DNA of 64,000 bases from an uncultured Actinomycetota bacterium (GCA_963708645.1 CAVPTA010000007.1:165078-229077), one strand, 5' to 3'. Shown: positions 48,663-60,000, counted from the first letter of the stretch. The notes: generated by a model from the letters alone, not told the origin. Translations and numbers: made by a program.

Positions 48663-50153
48663 GTGATCAGGCGATTTGCTACAGCAGCGCTCATCGGCAC
48701 GGCCCTCCTCGTCGTTCCGACGACGCCGCCCGCCTCTGCGGCGACGACGTCACGGCACATCCAGCGTGGTGTCGACATTGCGCAGCGCTACGCGGCCGCG
48801 AACGGAATGCGCTCCGGCGTCGCCGTCCTGAACCTGCGCAGCGGCCAGATCTGGCAGGCCGGCGCGGCCCGGCAACCCTTCGCATCCGCGTCCGTCGTCA
48901 AGGTCATGATCGCGACGCGACTGCTGTTGACCGGCCAGATGCACGGCACCGTCGCCAAGCGCGCGTGGTCGATGATCACTGCGTCCGACAACGATGCGGC
49001 GTGGGCGCTGTACCCGCGCGTGGGACGCGACGGCCTGCTGCCGTGGCTCGAGAAGCACTACCACCTGTCCGGGATCGGCGCGCCGCCCACGATGCATCGC
49101 ATCTGGGGCAGCACGCAGATCACGGCGCGCGGCATGGTGCGCTTCTACGAGGCGGTCTCGCACGATCACGCCGTGTGGCCGTGGCTGCTGCGCGCGATGC
49201 ACGCGTACAAGAAGGTCAGCGCGAGCGGCGAACCGAACGCGTTCGGTCTCGCCAAGGCCGCGCCGAAGTCGGCGATCAAGAACGGGTGGGACACCAACCG
49301 CGACGTGCGGCATCCGTCCAACGCGATCATCAACACGACCGGCATCACCATCAACGACGGCTGGGCGGTCGCGATCCTGTCCGAAGGGCCGCACCGTCTC
49401 TACTACTCGGGCGGCGAAAGCGTCGTCACCGGTGAGGCGATCCGGGTCATCCGCGGCATCACCGGTGGCCCGATCCCGCCGGTACCCGGCCCCCGAACCG
49501 TCGTCCTCGATCCCGGTCACAACGGCGGCAACAGCACGCACCTGCGCGAGATCAATCGACTCGTCTACGCGGGTTACGGCCGCTACAAGCCGTGCAACAC
49601 GACAGGCACGGCGACCAACGCCGGCTATCCCGAACACGCCTTCACCTGGCGCGTCGCGAACCGGGTGCGCAGCATGCTGATCGCAGACCACATCCGCGTG
49701 ATCATGACGCGGAACAGTGACACCGGCGTCGGTCCGTGCGTCAACCGCCGCGCAGCGATCGAGAGCACCAAGGGCGTCAGCGCATCCATCGCGATCCACG
49801 CCGACGGCGCGCCCTCGTCCGACCACGGGTTCCACCTGTGCGTCGACAGCCGCCGGCCCGAGGGCGCGAGTGCAAAAACGGTGCAGCTGACGCGGGCGCT
49901 CAACGCTGACCTGCACCGCACGCTCGCGTCGTCGTCCGGGCTCACCGTCGCCAACTACGTCGGCAACAACGGGTACTACTACCGCGACGACCTCGCCGGG
50001 TTGAATCTGTCGAAGAGCCCGACCGCGTTCCTCGAACTCGGCAACATGCGCAACGCGTCCGATGCCGCGAAGCAGAGCTCGCCGTCCGGACGGGGCCGGA
50101 TCGCGGCGGCGATCACGCGTGGGATCCTGGCCTACCTGAACTCCCTCTCCTAG
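48663..50153 (+). CDS. Secreted two-domain cell-wall hydrolase: N-terminal class-A beta-lactamase-like serine hydrolase domain fused to C-terminal N-acetylmuramoyl-L-alanine amidase (Amidase_3)
   Basis: Signal peptide 'IRRFATAALIGTALLVVPTTPPASA'. 'FASASVVKV' (S-x-x-K), 'ITASDNDAAW' (SDN), 'IKNGWDT' (KTG-like). C-terminal 'VVLDPGHNGGN...', 'ASIAIHADGA', 'FLELGNMRNASD' (amidase_3 Zn ligands). Confidence 0.8.
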   Translation: MIRRFATAALIGTALLVVPTTPPASAATTSRHIQRGVDIAQRYAAANGMRSGVAVLNLRSGQIWQAGAARQPFASASVVKVMIATRLLLTGQMHGTVAKRAWSMITASDNDAAWALYPRVGRDGLLPWLEKHYHLSGIGAPPTMHRIWGSTQITARGMVRFYEAVSHDHAVWPWLLRAMHAYKKVSASGEPNAFGLAKAAPKSAIKNGWDTNRDVRHPSNAIINTTGITINDGWAVAILSEGPHRLYYSGGESVVTGEAIRVIRGITGGPIPPVPGPRTVVLDPGHNGGNSTHLREINRLVYAGYGRYKPCNTTGTATNAGYPEHAFTWRVANRVRSMLIADHIRVIMTRNSDTGVGPCVNRRAAIESTKGVSASIAIHADGAPSSDHGFHLCVDSRRPEGASAKTVQLTRALNADLHRTLASSSGLTVANYVGNNGYYYRDDLAGLNLSKSPTAFLELGNMRNASDAAKQSSPSGRGRIAAAITRGILAYLNSLS

Positions 50154-50161
50154 GACGGCGC

Positions 50162-51283
50162 ATGAATCCGATGCGGTTGACCGGACCGCCCATGCCGATC
50201 GAGCTCGGCGGGAAGCCCGTCCCCACCGTCGGACGAGTCCGCATGTACGTATGCGGCATCACGCCCTACGACGTAACGCATCTCGGTCACGCGGCGACCT
50301 ACATCTGGTCCGATCTCGTCGACCGGGTGTTGTCGTGGCACGGCCACACCGTCACGGTCGCGCGCAACGTGACCGACGTCGACGACGTGCTGTTCGCCGA
50401 GGCGCGGCGCCGCGGTGAGCCGTACTCGATGATGGCCACGCTGCAACGCGCGACGTTCGAGTCGACGATGGCGACGCTGCGGGTGCGCGTTCCAGACCAT
50501 TCGCCAACCGCAGCACAGGCCGTCGGCCACGTAGTGCAACTGGCGACGGCGTTGCTCGCGCGCGACCGCGCGTACGTGCGGGGCGGGACGGTCTACGCGC
50601 GCACGGCGTCGGCCGTCGGTGACCTCGACCGCGACACGGCGTTGCGACTCTCGGCCGAGTACCACGACCACCCGGACGACCCGAACAAGGACGACCCGCT
50701 CGACGTCGCCGTCTGGCAGGAGACCTCCGACCAGGAAATCAGCTGGCCCTCGCCGTGGGGTGAGGGCCGGCCGGGTTGGCATGCCGAGTGCGCGGCGATG
50801 GTGCTCGCGCTGTACGGGCCGAGCGTCGACATCCACTGCGGCGGCGCCGACCTCGTCTACCCGCACCACGCCTGCGAGGCGGCACTCGCCGAAGGCGCCA
50901 CCGGCGTCGCGCCGTTCGCTCGTGCGTGGGTGCGAGCCGGAATCGTCACCGTGGCCGGCGCGAAGATGGCGAAGTCGACCGGCAATCTCGTGCTGATCGA
51001 ACAATTGTTGGGCAGCTATTCACCGGCGGCCGTCCGGTTGCTCTGCCTGAACCGGCCGTGGGCCGAGACCTGGGATTACGACCGCGCCGATCTCGATGCC
51101 GCTGCTGCCACGATCGAGCAGCTGTACACGGCCGCGGCCCGTCCCGACGGCGGCGACGCCGGTCAGGCGGCAGTGCCCGCGGCACTGCTCGACGATCTCG
51201 ATGTCGCAACCGCGCTCGCGATCGCGCTCGAGGACGGCGGCCAGGCGGCCCGCACGCTCGTGGAGCTGCTCGCCCTGTCGTGA
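50162..51283 (+). CDS. mshC: L-cysteine:1D-myo-inositol 2-amino-2-deoxy-alpha-D-glucopyranoside ligase (mycothiol ligase), CysRS paralog
   Basis: 'MYVCGITPYDVTHLGHAATY', 'NVTDVDD', 'SWPSPWGEGRPGWHAECAAM', 'KMAKSTGNLVL' match MshC. No anticodon-binding tail. N-terminus ~35 aa shorter than mycobacterial MshC. Confidence 0.85.
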   Translation: MNPMRLTGPPMPIELGGKPVPTVGRVRMYVCGITPYDVTHLGHAATYIWSDLVDRVLSWHGHTVTVARNVTDVDDVLFAEARRRGEPYSMMATLQRATFESTMATLRVRVPDHSPTAAQAVGHVVQLATALLARDRAYVRGGTVYARTASAVGDLDRDTALRLSAEYHDHPDDPNKDDPLDVAVWQETSDQEISWPSPWGEGRPGWHAECAAMVLALYGPSVDIHCGGADLVYPHHACEAALAEGATGVAPFARAWVRAGIVTVAGAKMAKSTGNLVLIEQLLGSYSPAAVRLLCLNRPWAETWDYDRADLDAAAATIEQLYTAAARPDGGDAGQAAVPAALLDDLDVATALAIALEDGGQAARTLVELLALS

Positions 51284-51287
51284 CGGC

Positions 51288-51884
51288 TCAGACGAGCGAA
51301 GCCACGTGCGGGACGAGGGCCCGCAACGCCTGTCCGCGATGGCTGATCGAGTCCTTCTCATCCGACGGCAACTCGGCGCTGGTCACCTCGTAACCATCCG
51401 GGACGAAGATCGGGTCGTAGCCGAAGCCGTTCTCGCCACGCGGTGCGCGGATCAGCCGACCGGGCATCCGCCCGTCGACGACGGTCTCGCCCTTGGCCGA
51501 GACCAGCGCGACCGCGCAGACGAACGCCGCTCCCAGCCGCTCGTCCGGCGTATCGGACAGCTGCGCGAGCACCAACTCGAGGTTCGCGCGGTCGTCGCCG
51601 TGGCGACCCGACCACCGCGCCGACAGCACGCCCGGCATGCCGTTCAGCGCATCGACCGTCAGCCCGGAGTCGTCGGCAACCGTCGGCAGCCCGGTGTGCG
51701 CGAAACCCTCACGCGCTTTGATCAACGCGTTGTCGGCGAACGTCGCGCCCGATTCCGGGACCTCGTCGTAGGCCGGCACGTCGTCGAGACCGAGCACGTC
51801 GACACCCGGCACGGCGGCAGCCACGATGCGGCGCATCTCGACGAGCTTCTTCGGGTTCCGCGACGCGAGGAGCAGATCGGTCAA
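51288..51884 (-). CDS. rdgB: Non-canonical purine NTP pyrophosphatase (dITP/XTP pyrophosphatase, RdgB/HAM1 family)
   Basis: '[14 protein letters not shown]', '[10 protein letters not shown]', '[27 protein letters not shown]', 'FGYDPIFVP'. Start refined to a TTG giving a TTGA overlap with the rph stop. Confidence 0.85.
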   Translation of the reverse strand: MTDLLLASRNPKKLVEMRRIVAAAVPGVDVLGLDDVPAYDEVPESGATFADNALIKAREGFAHTGLPTVADDSGLTVDALNGMPGVLSARWSGRHGDDRANLELVLAQLSDTPDERLGAAFVCAVALVSAKGETVVDGRMPGRLIRAPRGENGFGYDPIFVPDGYEVTSAELPSDEKDSISHRGQALRALVPHVASLV

Positions 51885-52609
51885 CTCTGCAACGCCTTGT
51901 GCTGCGCCTCGGTGAGCGATGCGCACCCGGCGACCGCGAGATCGAGCAGCGCGTCGAGTTCGTCCCGCCGGAACGGCGTGCCCTCGGCCGTCCCCTGCAC
52001 CTCGACGAACTCGCCGCTGCCGGTGACCACGACATTCATGTCGGTCTCGGCACGCACGTCTTCTTCGTACATCAGGTCGAGGCGCGGTTCACCGTCGATG
52101 ACACCGACCGACACCGCCGAGATCGAGTTGATCAACGGTTCGGGGCGGGCGAGCGAGCCCTTCTCGCGCAGCCACGACACCGCGTCGGCAAGCGCCACGT
52201 AGGCACCGGTGATCGCTGCCGTGCGTGTGCCGCCGTCGGCCTGCAACACGTCGCAGTCGATCGAGATCGAGTTCTCGCCCAGCGCAGACAGGTCGATCGC
52301 GGCGCGCAGCGAGCGACCGATCAGGCGCGAGATCTCGTGCGTGCGACCGCCGATCTTGCCGCGCACCGATTCGCGGTCGTTGCGGGTGAGCGTGGCTCGC
52401 GGCAGCATCGCGTATTCGGCGGTCACCCAGCCGAGGCCGCTGCCCTTGCGCCAGCGGGGCACGCCCTGCTGCACGGACGCGGCGCACAGCACCTTCGTCT
52501 CACCGAACTCGACGAGCGCGGAGCCTTCGGCGTACTTCTGCCAGTCGCGCGTGATCGTGACGGGACGGAGTTGGTCGGCGGAGCGACCGTCGGGACGTGG
52601 CGTCGGCAT
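51881..52609 (-). CDS. rph: Ribonuclease PH
   Basis: '[41 protein letters not shown]' and '[22 protein letters not shown]'. Confidence 0.9.
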   Translation of the reverse strand: MPTPRPDGRSADQLRPVTITRDWQKYAEGSALVEFGETKVLCAASVQQGVPRWRKGSGLGWVTAEYAMLPRATLTRNDRESVRGKIGGRTHEISRLIGRSLRAAIDLSALGENSISIDCDVLQADGGTRTAAITGAYVALADAVSWLREKGSLARPEPLINSISAVSVGVIDGEPRLDLMYEEDVRAETDMNVVVTGSGEFVEVQGTAEGTPFRRDELDALLDLAVAGCASLTEAQHKALQS

Positions 52610-52618
52610 GCACCGAGC

Positions 52619-54199
52619 CTACGGAGCGCGTCGGACGGAGATCGTCGAGCCCAGGAACATCACCGCGCGCTGGAACTCCGGTTCCTTCCAGTAGTCCGAA
52701 TGCCGCTTCGGCGCAGGGACGTCCGTGCTCCCCGGCGCCGGCCCGAACGGCGGGTCGATCAGGTGCGCGTCGATGTGCAGCCCACCGAGCGCGGCAACAG
52801 CGGGATCACCTGCTGCGACAGCGGTCCACGGTGGCTGCGCCTCGGCCGGCGGACCGAGGCTGATCGGACCGCCGAGGTAGTCGGTGTAGCGCCACAGATT
52901 GCGCCACCGCGGCATTGCACCGTCGGCTTCACGGTCGGTGAGCAGGTCGGCGAGCGCCCCCAGGGTGTCCGCTCCGAAGTAGGCCGGGAAGTACCGGCTG
53001 TAGAGACGACGCAGCACGCAGCCGCAGCTGAGGAACGCGACGCTCGGCACGACCTCCTGCCCGGGAGCCACAAGTTCGTCGTGGCGCTGCAGTTGCAGCA
53101 TCGCCGCCGCGCTCAACACGGTGCCCTGGCTGTGCGCGGCAAGCACGACGCCGTACCCGTTGCCGGCATGCAGGTGCGCGCGCTCAACCAAGTCGGGCAC
53201 GGCACGCTCGGCGTAACAGGGCGCAGCGAGCGGATGGCCGAGCCGGGGCCAGAACGACGCGAGATCCCACAGGATGCCGACCGAGCGCCGCAGCGACTGC
53301 CTGCGGAATGCGTAGTAACCGAGGGCGACGAGCCCGATCAAGGTCAACACCACCGCGTACGCGCCGGCAGCTTCCAGGTTGCGTACCGAGAGGAAGCCGA
53401 GACTGGTGCTGCCGCGCAACCAGTCCGTCGCTGCGGAGACACCGAAGACGTGCTCGAGGAACAGCAGCACACCGATGATCTCGCTCATCACCGCACCGGC
53501 GACCATCAGCAGCACGATCGGTCGCCCACCGATGTCGACAACGCCGCCGAGCCACATCGCGCGCAGGATCGCGGTGCGGCGCTTGCGGTCGCCGCCGGTC
53601 CAGTCGCTGCCGTAGTCGCCGACGCCTGCGCCGGGCACGATCAGCTTGCTCGTGTCGCGCACTCGCGCCAGGCGGATCGCGCCGTAGCTGCCGCAGCCGA
53701 TGAGCACAAGAGCGGCGAACGCGACGGCGACCGCGTAGGCGGTGCCCGCGTCGACGATGACCTCCGGATAGCTGAAGTAGGGCTTGCGTGGGCTGATGTC
53801 GGTCGGACGCGGAATGGTGTGGTGGGCGTGCAACCACCCGCCGGCGAACAGGTAGACGCCCGCGGTGAACACCGCTCCCATGAACACGGCCATCACCGAC
53901 AGCACCCACGTGCCGTAACCCGCCATGCCCGCCGACGGACCGCGCTCGCCGAAGTCCACCGGCCGCGCGGCCGCGCGAGCCGCGCGCCAGACGACGACCA
54001 GCAACACGACCAGCAGGCCCAATTCTGCGAGCAACAACCACAGCGCCGTACCCGCGTAGCCGGGCAGACCCGGCGGCGTCGAGTGTGGGACGCCGTACGG
54101 CCCTGGCGTGAAGTCGGCGATCGCGACCGTCGTGGCCACGGATGGCTTGTCGGCGAGGAAAGCGAATCGAATTCCCTCGGCCGCGCCGGCGCCGAGCAA
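52619..54199 (-). CDS. Polytopic membrane protein with C-terminal alpha/beta-hydrolase (lipase/esterase-like, G-H-S-Q-G nucleophile elbow) domain; 5' end uncertain
   Basis: Multiple TM helices in the first ~330 aa, then 'GYGVVLAAHSQGTVLSAAAMLQ'. Ends 10 nt upstream of rph. Upstream (54200-55127) further hydrophobic, protein-like segments lie in three different frames, including 'MQDRDVVEVRVHGVSGTPP' at 55127. The true N-terminus may therefore be frameshifted or belong to a separate gene. Confidence 0.55.
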   Translation of the reverse strand: MLGAGAAEGIRFAFLADKPSVATTVAIADFTPGPYGVPHSTPPGLPGYAGTALWLLLAELGLLVVLLVVVWRAARAAARPVDFGERGPSAGMAGYGTWVLSVMAVFMGAVFTAGVYLFAGGWLHAHHTIPRPTDISPRKPYFSYPEVIVDAGTAYAVAVAFAALVLIGCGSYGAIRLARVRDTSKLIVPGAGVGDYGSDWTGGDRKRRTAILRAMWLGGVVDIGGRPIVLLMVAGAVMSEIIGVLLFLEHVFGVSAATDWLRGSTSLGFLSVRNLEAAGAYAVVLTLIGLVALGYYAFRRQSLRRSVGILWDLASFWPRLGHPLAAPCYAERAVPDLVERAHLHAGNGYGVVLAAHSQGTVLSAAAMLQLQRHDELVAPGQEVVPSVAFLSCGCVLRRLYSRYFPAYFGADTLGALADLLTDREADGAMPRWRNLWRYTDYLGGPISLGPPAEAQPPWTAVAAGDPAVAALGGLHIDAHLIDPPFGPAPGSTDVPAPKRHSDYWKEPEFQRAVMFLGSTISVRRAP

Positions 54200-55233
54200 G
54201 GCCGAGCCGGCACACGAGGCTCGCGATCATCCAGCCGGCGCGACTCGTATGGTGCCGTGAAGCTCTCTATCGCGACGGCGACAGCCGCGAATATCGCCGC
54301 ACCGATACCGACGACGAGGCCGAGTACGTGCAGCCATCCGTCCAGGGCACCGGCGCCGAACGCGACGACCATGCCGACACCGGTCTGCAGATGCGACTGC
54401 CCGCAGCCTGCGCACCGGACACTCGTTCTGCCACATCCAGCGCGACTTGAGCCCGGGCGGCTCGGGTCCGCTCGCGCGCGGTTCAGCGAGCGTGTCGAGC
54501 ACGCCGACGGCCTCGTACGCGCGCGATCGTCCGCCCGCCGATGAGCCACAGCAGCGCCAGGACGAAGCAGCGGCACGACAGCGCACCGACGAGGAATTGG
54601 TGCGCCTCAGTATGGCCGAACAGGATGCCGTCGAGCCACGGAGGACCGGCAGAGCAGGTGTCCAACATGCGCGCATTGGTAGCCGGTCAGGTCCATGCCG
54701 ACGCCGATGAACGCCATCACGAAGACCGCGGTCGAGCACAGCGCGAGCCAACGTCCGAGCAGCCAGAGCAGGTAAAGGTCGTGGACCGGCGCCCTTCGAG
54801 TCCGTCGGCGGGTCCGCCGGCCGCATCCGCGGTGCGACGTTGAGCAGCGAGAACGGAAGCAGTAGCAACCACAGCGAACGCCACGCCGAGCCGGAGGTGA
54901 GCCCGCCCCACGCGTAGCCCTCGAGGTAGGGCCCGTCGAAGTCTGCGACGGCCGCGCCCGGGTCTCGACACGAAACGATCGCTGATGTCATCGGGATTGG
55001 CCGAGCGGTAGAAGCCGGCGCGTGCATCACCGTCCAACAAGACGACGTTCGGACGATCGAGCAGGTCCTGCGGCGGCGTGCCGGACACACCGTGCACGCG
55101 TACCTCGACCACGTCGCGGTCTTGCATGGCGCCCCCTTGCGACCGTGGCGCGACAATAGCGCTGACAAGCGGCTATCAGCGGCTGTCAGCGCCGTGTGAC
55201 CGTCGTGTCAGCGCAGCCCGCGACTGTAGTGGC

Positions 55234-56205
55234 ATGACACAACGCAACCTTGACTATGCGATCGAGGCGCACGGCCTGACCAAACGCTTCGGCGACACGC
55301 AGGCGCTGGCCGGCATCGATCTCGCAGTCCGTCCCGGCACCGTGCTCGGCGTGCTCGGGCCGAACGGTGCAGGCAAGACGACGGCCGTCCGGATTCTGAC
55401 GACGCTGCTCCGTGCGGACGAGGGCTCCGCGCTCGTCGGCGGGTACGACGTCGCTCGGGACGCCCAGCACGTGCGGCGCCTGATCGGGCTCACCGGCCAG
55501 TACGCGTCGGTCGACGAGGATCTCACCGGCACCCAGAACCTCGTCATGATCGGCCAGCTGCTCGATCTGTCGTCGCGCGATGCCCGAACACGCGCGAGCG
55601 AGCTGCTCGCATGGTTCGACCTCACCGACGCCGCGAACCGGGTCGCGAAGACCTACTCCGGTGGCATGCGCCGCCGCCTCGACCTCGCCGCATCGCTCGT
55701 CGGCCGTCCGGACGTGATCTTCCTCGACGAACCGACGACCGGTCTCGACCCGGCCAAGCGCGAGGACATGTGGGACGTCGTGCGCCACCTCGTCGACGAC
55801 GGTTCGACCGTGCTGCTCACCACGCAGTATCTCGAAGAGGCTGATGCGCTCGCCGATGAGATCACCGTCATCGACCACGGCAGCGTGATCGCGCACGACA
55901 CCCCGCACGGGCTCAAGCGCATCGTCGGCGGGCAGCGGCTCTCGGTTCGGCCGGCCGATCCGGCGCACCTCGACGAGCTGCGCCGCATCCTCGCCGACAT
56001 GACCGGCACGACACCCGAAGCCGACGGCCGCGATCGACTCACGGTCAAGGTCGACGGCGACGAGATCCTGCCCGTCGCCGTCAACCGCCTGCACGAAGCG
56101 AACATCCGCGTCGACGAACTGTCCCTCCATCTGCCCAGCCTCGACGAGGTGTTCTTCACCTTGACCGGCACCCGCACAGCTACCGACATCGAGGAGGTCG
56201 CATGA
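55234..56205 (+). CDS. ABC transporter ATP-binding protein (DrrA-like ABC-2 exporter ATPase)
   Basis: 'GPNGAGKTT', 'YSGGMRRRLDLAASL', 'IFLDEPTTGLD'. Start refined to 'MTQRNLDYAIEAHGLTKRFG'. Confidence 0.85.
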   Translation: MTQRNLDYAIEAHGLTKRFGDTQALAGIDLAVRPGTVLGVLGPNGAGKTTAVRILTTLLRADEGSALVGGYDVARDAQHVRRLIGLTGQYASVDEDLTGTQNLVMIGQLLDLSSRDARTRASELLAWFDLTDAANRVAKTYSGGMRRRLDLAASLVGRPDVIFLDEPTTGLDPAKREDMWDVVRHLVDDGSTVLLTTQYLEEADALADEITVIDHGSVIAHDTPHGLKRIVGGQRLSVRPADPAHLDELRRILADMTGTTPEADGRDRLTVKVDGDEILPVAVNRLHEANIRVDELSLHLPSLDEVFFTLTGTRTATDIEEVA

Positions 56206-57020
56206 CCACCGTTCTTGAGGCCCCATCGGCCACGACCGTCACAGCCGCGGCGTCGCCGCGCACCCGCTACCTGCGCCACGCACTCGTGGTCGCCAAGCGC
56301 AGCCTGATCAAGACCTGGCGCACACCCGAGCAACTGATCGACGTCACGATCCAGCCGATCATCTTCCTGCTGCTGTTCGTCTACGTGTTCGGTGGCGCGA
56401 TCTCGCACGGCTCGCAGCACGACTACCTGCAGTACCTGCTGCCCGGTCTGCTCGGCCAGGGCATCGCCATGGGCAGCATCGCGCTCGGCCAGAACCTGAA
56501 CGCCGACATCGAGAAGGGGGTCTTCGACCGGTTCCGCTCACTGCCGATCGGCCGGCTCGTACCGCTGCTCGGCGCAGTCATGGCCGACTTCTTCCGCTAC
56601 CTGATCATGTGCTCGGTGTTCCTGGGCTTCGGTTACGTGCTCGGGTTCCGGGTGCAGACCGGTGTTGCCGCTGCCCTGGCCGCGGTCGCGGTCGCGGTCG
56701 GCTTCGCACTGTGCTTCGCGTGGATCTCGGTGTGGGTCGGCATGAAGGCGCGCACCTCCGGCGCCGTGCAGGGCATCATGTTCTTGTTGATCTTCCCGCT
56801 GTCGTTCGGCAGCAGCACGTTCGTCCCGATCAACTCGATGCCGGGGTGGCTGCAGGCGTTCACGAAGGTCAACCCGATCACCCACCTGGTCGGCGTCGTC
56901 CGCGGCCTGATGATCGGCGGCCCCGTCGCCTCGCACCTGATGTGGACGGCGGTGTGGGCGGTCGGCCTGCTCGCAGTGTTCGTGCCACTCGCACTGCGCG
57001 CCTACAAGCGCCGGGTCTGA
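56202..57020 (+). CDS. ABC-2-type transporter permease (DrrB-like)
   Basis: 272 aa, six TM segments. ATGA overlap with the ATPase stop. Confidence 0.8.
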   Translation: MTTVLEAPSATTVTAAASPRTRYLRHALVVAKRSLIKTWRTPEQLIDVTIQPIIFLLLFVYVFGGAISHGSQHDYLQYLLPGLLGQGIAMGSIALGQNLNADIEKGVFDRFRSLPIGRLVPLLGAVMADFFRYLIMCSVFLGFGYVLGFRVQTGVAAALAAVAVAVGFALCFAWISVWVGMKARTSGAVQGIMFLLIFPLSFGSSTFVPINSMPGWLQAFTKVNPITHLVGVVRGLMIGGPVASHLMWTAVWAVGLLAVFVPLALRAYKRRV

Positions 57021-57024
57021 TCGC

Positions 57025-60000
57025 TCAGCGTGTCAGGGCCTCGGTCGGGTCGAGTCGCTTCAGTGCGGCGTCCCGGTCGAGGCCCTTCCCGCGCGCGTAC
57101 GCCGCGTCGAACCCGTCCTTACCGAGCACGGTGGTCAGGTCGCCGGTCAGCCGTCGTATCTCGACCGAACTGAGGTCGTCGGCACCTCGCAACACTGCCG
57201 CGGCACCGAGCACCTCGGCCGCCGCGACGGTCTGCTCGGCGGCCAGCAGGGCGGCCGACACCACGACGCCGACCATTGATTCGATCGGGGCGTCGCGTGT
57301 CGACACCGCCGCGGTGTACGCCCCGCTGAGCAAGGTGGCCATGCTTGTGCGGTCCGGCTCGTCGATGCGTAGCCGCGCCGCCATCGAGAGGGTGATCGCG
57401 CGGCCGTGGGACATAGCCGGGTGTGCCGCCGGAAGCACCGCGAGCCGCTCGAGCGCGGTGTCGCTCATCGAGCGGGCCAGGTCGACCTCGCCGAGCTGAC
57501 GCTCGACGTCGGCGAGCAGGCTCAGCATGAACACCGACTCGAGCTGAGCGCCCGCTTCCTCGGCGAGATCGACGGCGCGGCGCATCAGTTCACGCGCCCG
57601 GACGCCGTCACCACGCCGAAGCGCGACGTCGGACAGGCGCACGAGCAGGAAGGTCTCGTCCTCGGTCGATGTCAGCAGCCGCATCAGCCCGAGCGCCTCG
57701 GTGAAGGCCGCCTCGGCCTCGTCCAGCCGGCCCTGCAGGACGAGCAACGTTGCGAGCGCGCTCAGCGAGTTGGCAAGCCCCCACCGCTCTCCGATCGCGC
57801 GGAAGCCCTCCAGTGCAATCGCGATGTCGTACTCCATCGCCGCGAGATCGCCATTGTTCTCGGCCACGTTGGCGCGGAACATCCGGGCAGCGGCGCGCGT
57901 CCATTCGTGGTCACTCTCGAGGCCCTCGGCGAGCAGCCGGTCGGTGAGCTCGAGCAGTCCCGCGAAAAAGGCCACGGCAGGCCGAAGAATTCCGAGTAGC
58001 GGCCGGTCGTCGAGGTCGGCGTCGGCCAACCGCTCGGCGATCAGGACGAGCTGCTGCATGCCCAGCTCGACATCGTCCTGTCCGGCCTGCGCAGCAGCCG
58101 TCATCGTCGCGAGCGCAGCGGCGACCCACCGCAACGGACTGTTCTCGGCACCGGGCACATCCAGCGCGTCCTGCATCCATGGGCCGAGGTCGTGGCTACC
58201 GATCATCATCGCGTACGCCCCGAGGTCGACCGCGATCTGCACCGCACCGTCCGCGTCCTGCATGTCGCAGCGGAATCGCAACGCGGCGAGGATGTTCCCG
58301 CGCTCGTTGTTGAGCCGGTCGAACCACGGCAGCTGATCGGCGCTGATCAAGTGTGCCTGCGCGTCGCTCACGAGCTGCGCGAAATGATCGGCATGCCGGG
58401 CGCGAAGTGCTTCGAGCCCGCCGTGCTCTGCCAGCCGCTCGGCGCCGTACTCGCGAATCGTCTCCAGCATGCGGTAACGCTCGCCGTCGGCGACCAGCTG
58501 CAACAACGACTTGTCGAGCAGCGACGCCAACAGATCGGGGATCGCATCGGCGTCCAGCCTGTCGTCGCTGCACACCGCGGTCGCGCTCGCGACGGTCACC
58601 CCGGCCGGGAACACGGCGATGCGCTCGGCGAGCAGCCGCTCGTCCGCGGTGAGCAGCTCCCAGCTCCACTCGACGACCGCACGCAGTGTGCGATGCCGCG
58701 GCAAGGCGGTACGGCTGCCGCCGGTGAGCAGCCGGAAGCGGTTGGAAAGCCGCTCGGCAATGTCGTTGATCGACATGGCGCGCAACCGCGCCGCGGCGAG
58801 CTCGATCGCGAGCGGCAGCCCGTCCAGCCGGCGCACGATCTCGACAACGGCGCCGATGGAGCGTTCGTCGATCACGACATCCGGACGGGCGGCCGCGGCA
58901 CGGTCGGCGAACAGCCGTACGGCCGGAAATTCCAGCGCGAACTCAACCCCACTTCCGGCGGGTGGCTGGCCGAGCGGCGGTACGGCAAGCACGACCTCGC
59001 CGATGATGCCGAGTGGTTCGCGGCTGGTCGCGAGCACGCGGACGTCGGGGCACAGCCCGAGCAGGTGTTCGGCCAGGCGTGCACTCGCGTCGATCACGTG
59101 TTCGCAGTTGTCGAGCACGATCACTGCCGTCTTGTCGGCGAGCATGTCGGCGAGCCTGGTGTCGGCGTCCTGCGCCGCGGGCGTGGCCCGGCGATCGAGC
59201 AGGTGTTTCTCGCGCAGGCCGAGCGCGCTCAGCACGGCCTGAGGAACGTCGGCGCCATCGGTCACGGCCGCGAGTTCGGCGAGCCATACGCCGTCGCGCA
59301 CCATCAGCTTCGCCCCGGCCTCGCTCGCAAGCCGGGTCTTGCCCGCTCCGCCCGGGCCGACGATCGTGACGAGCCGATGCTCGGCGAGCGCTTTCGCAAC
59401 CCGCGCCAGTTCCTCGTCGCGGCCCACGAAGCTCGTGAACTGCGCGCGCAGGTTGCTGCGGCGATGGGTGTGTGGCTCGGACTCGCCGCGCAGCACAGCC
59501 ATGTGCGCGGCCTGCAACTCAGCGCCGGGATCGACACCGAGCTCGTCAGCCAGGCGATGGCGCAGGTCGTCGTATGCGTGCAGCGCATCGGCCTGGCGTC
59601 CCGCGGCCGCGAGCGCAGTGACCAGCGCGGCACCGACGCGCTCGTCGAGCGGGTGTTCGTCGTGCAGTGCGGCCAGATCGGTAAGCGCGCGCTCCGGTTC
59701 GCCGAGCGCGAGTTGGGCGGTGGCGCTGTCGATGCGGGCGGTCACGCGCAACTGGTCGAATCGCGCCGCACTGACGTCGTCGGCGAGCATCGGTCCGCGC
59801 CACAGCTGGAGCGCGTCATGCAGTCGCGACGCCGCGTCGGCGACGTCGCCCGTGCGCAGCGAGCGGCCACCGGAGGTGACGAGTTCCTCGAAGCGGAACG
59901 CGTCCACGTCGTCACGGCTGATCGCCAGTCGGTAACCCTCAGCCGACTGCGTGATCGGCGCCGTCTCGCCGAGCGTGCGGCGCAGTCTCGACACGAGTGC

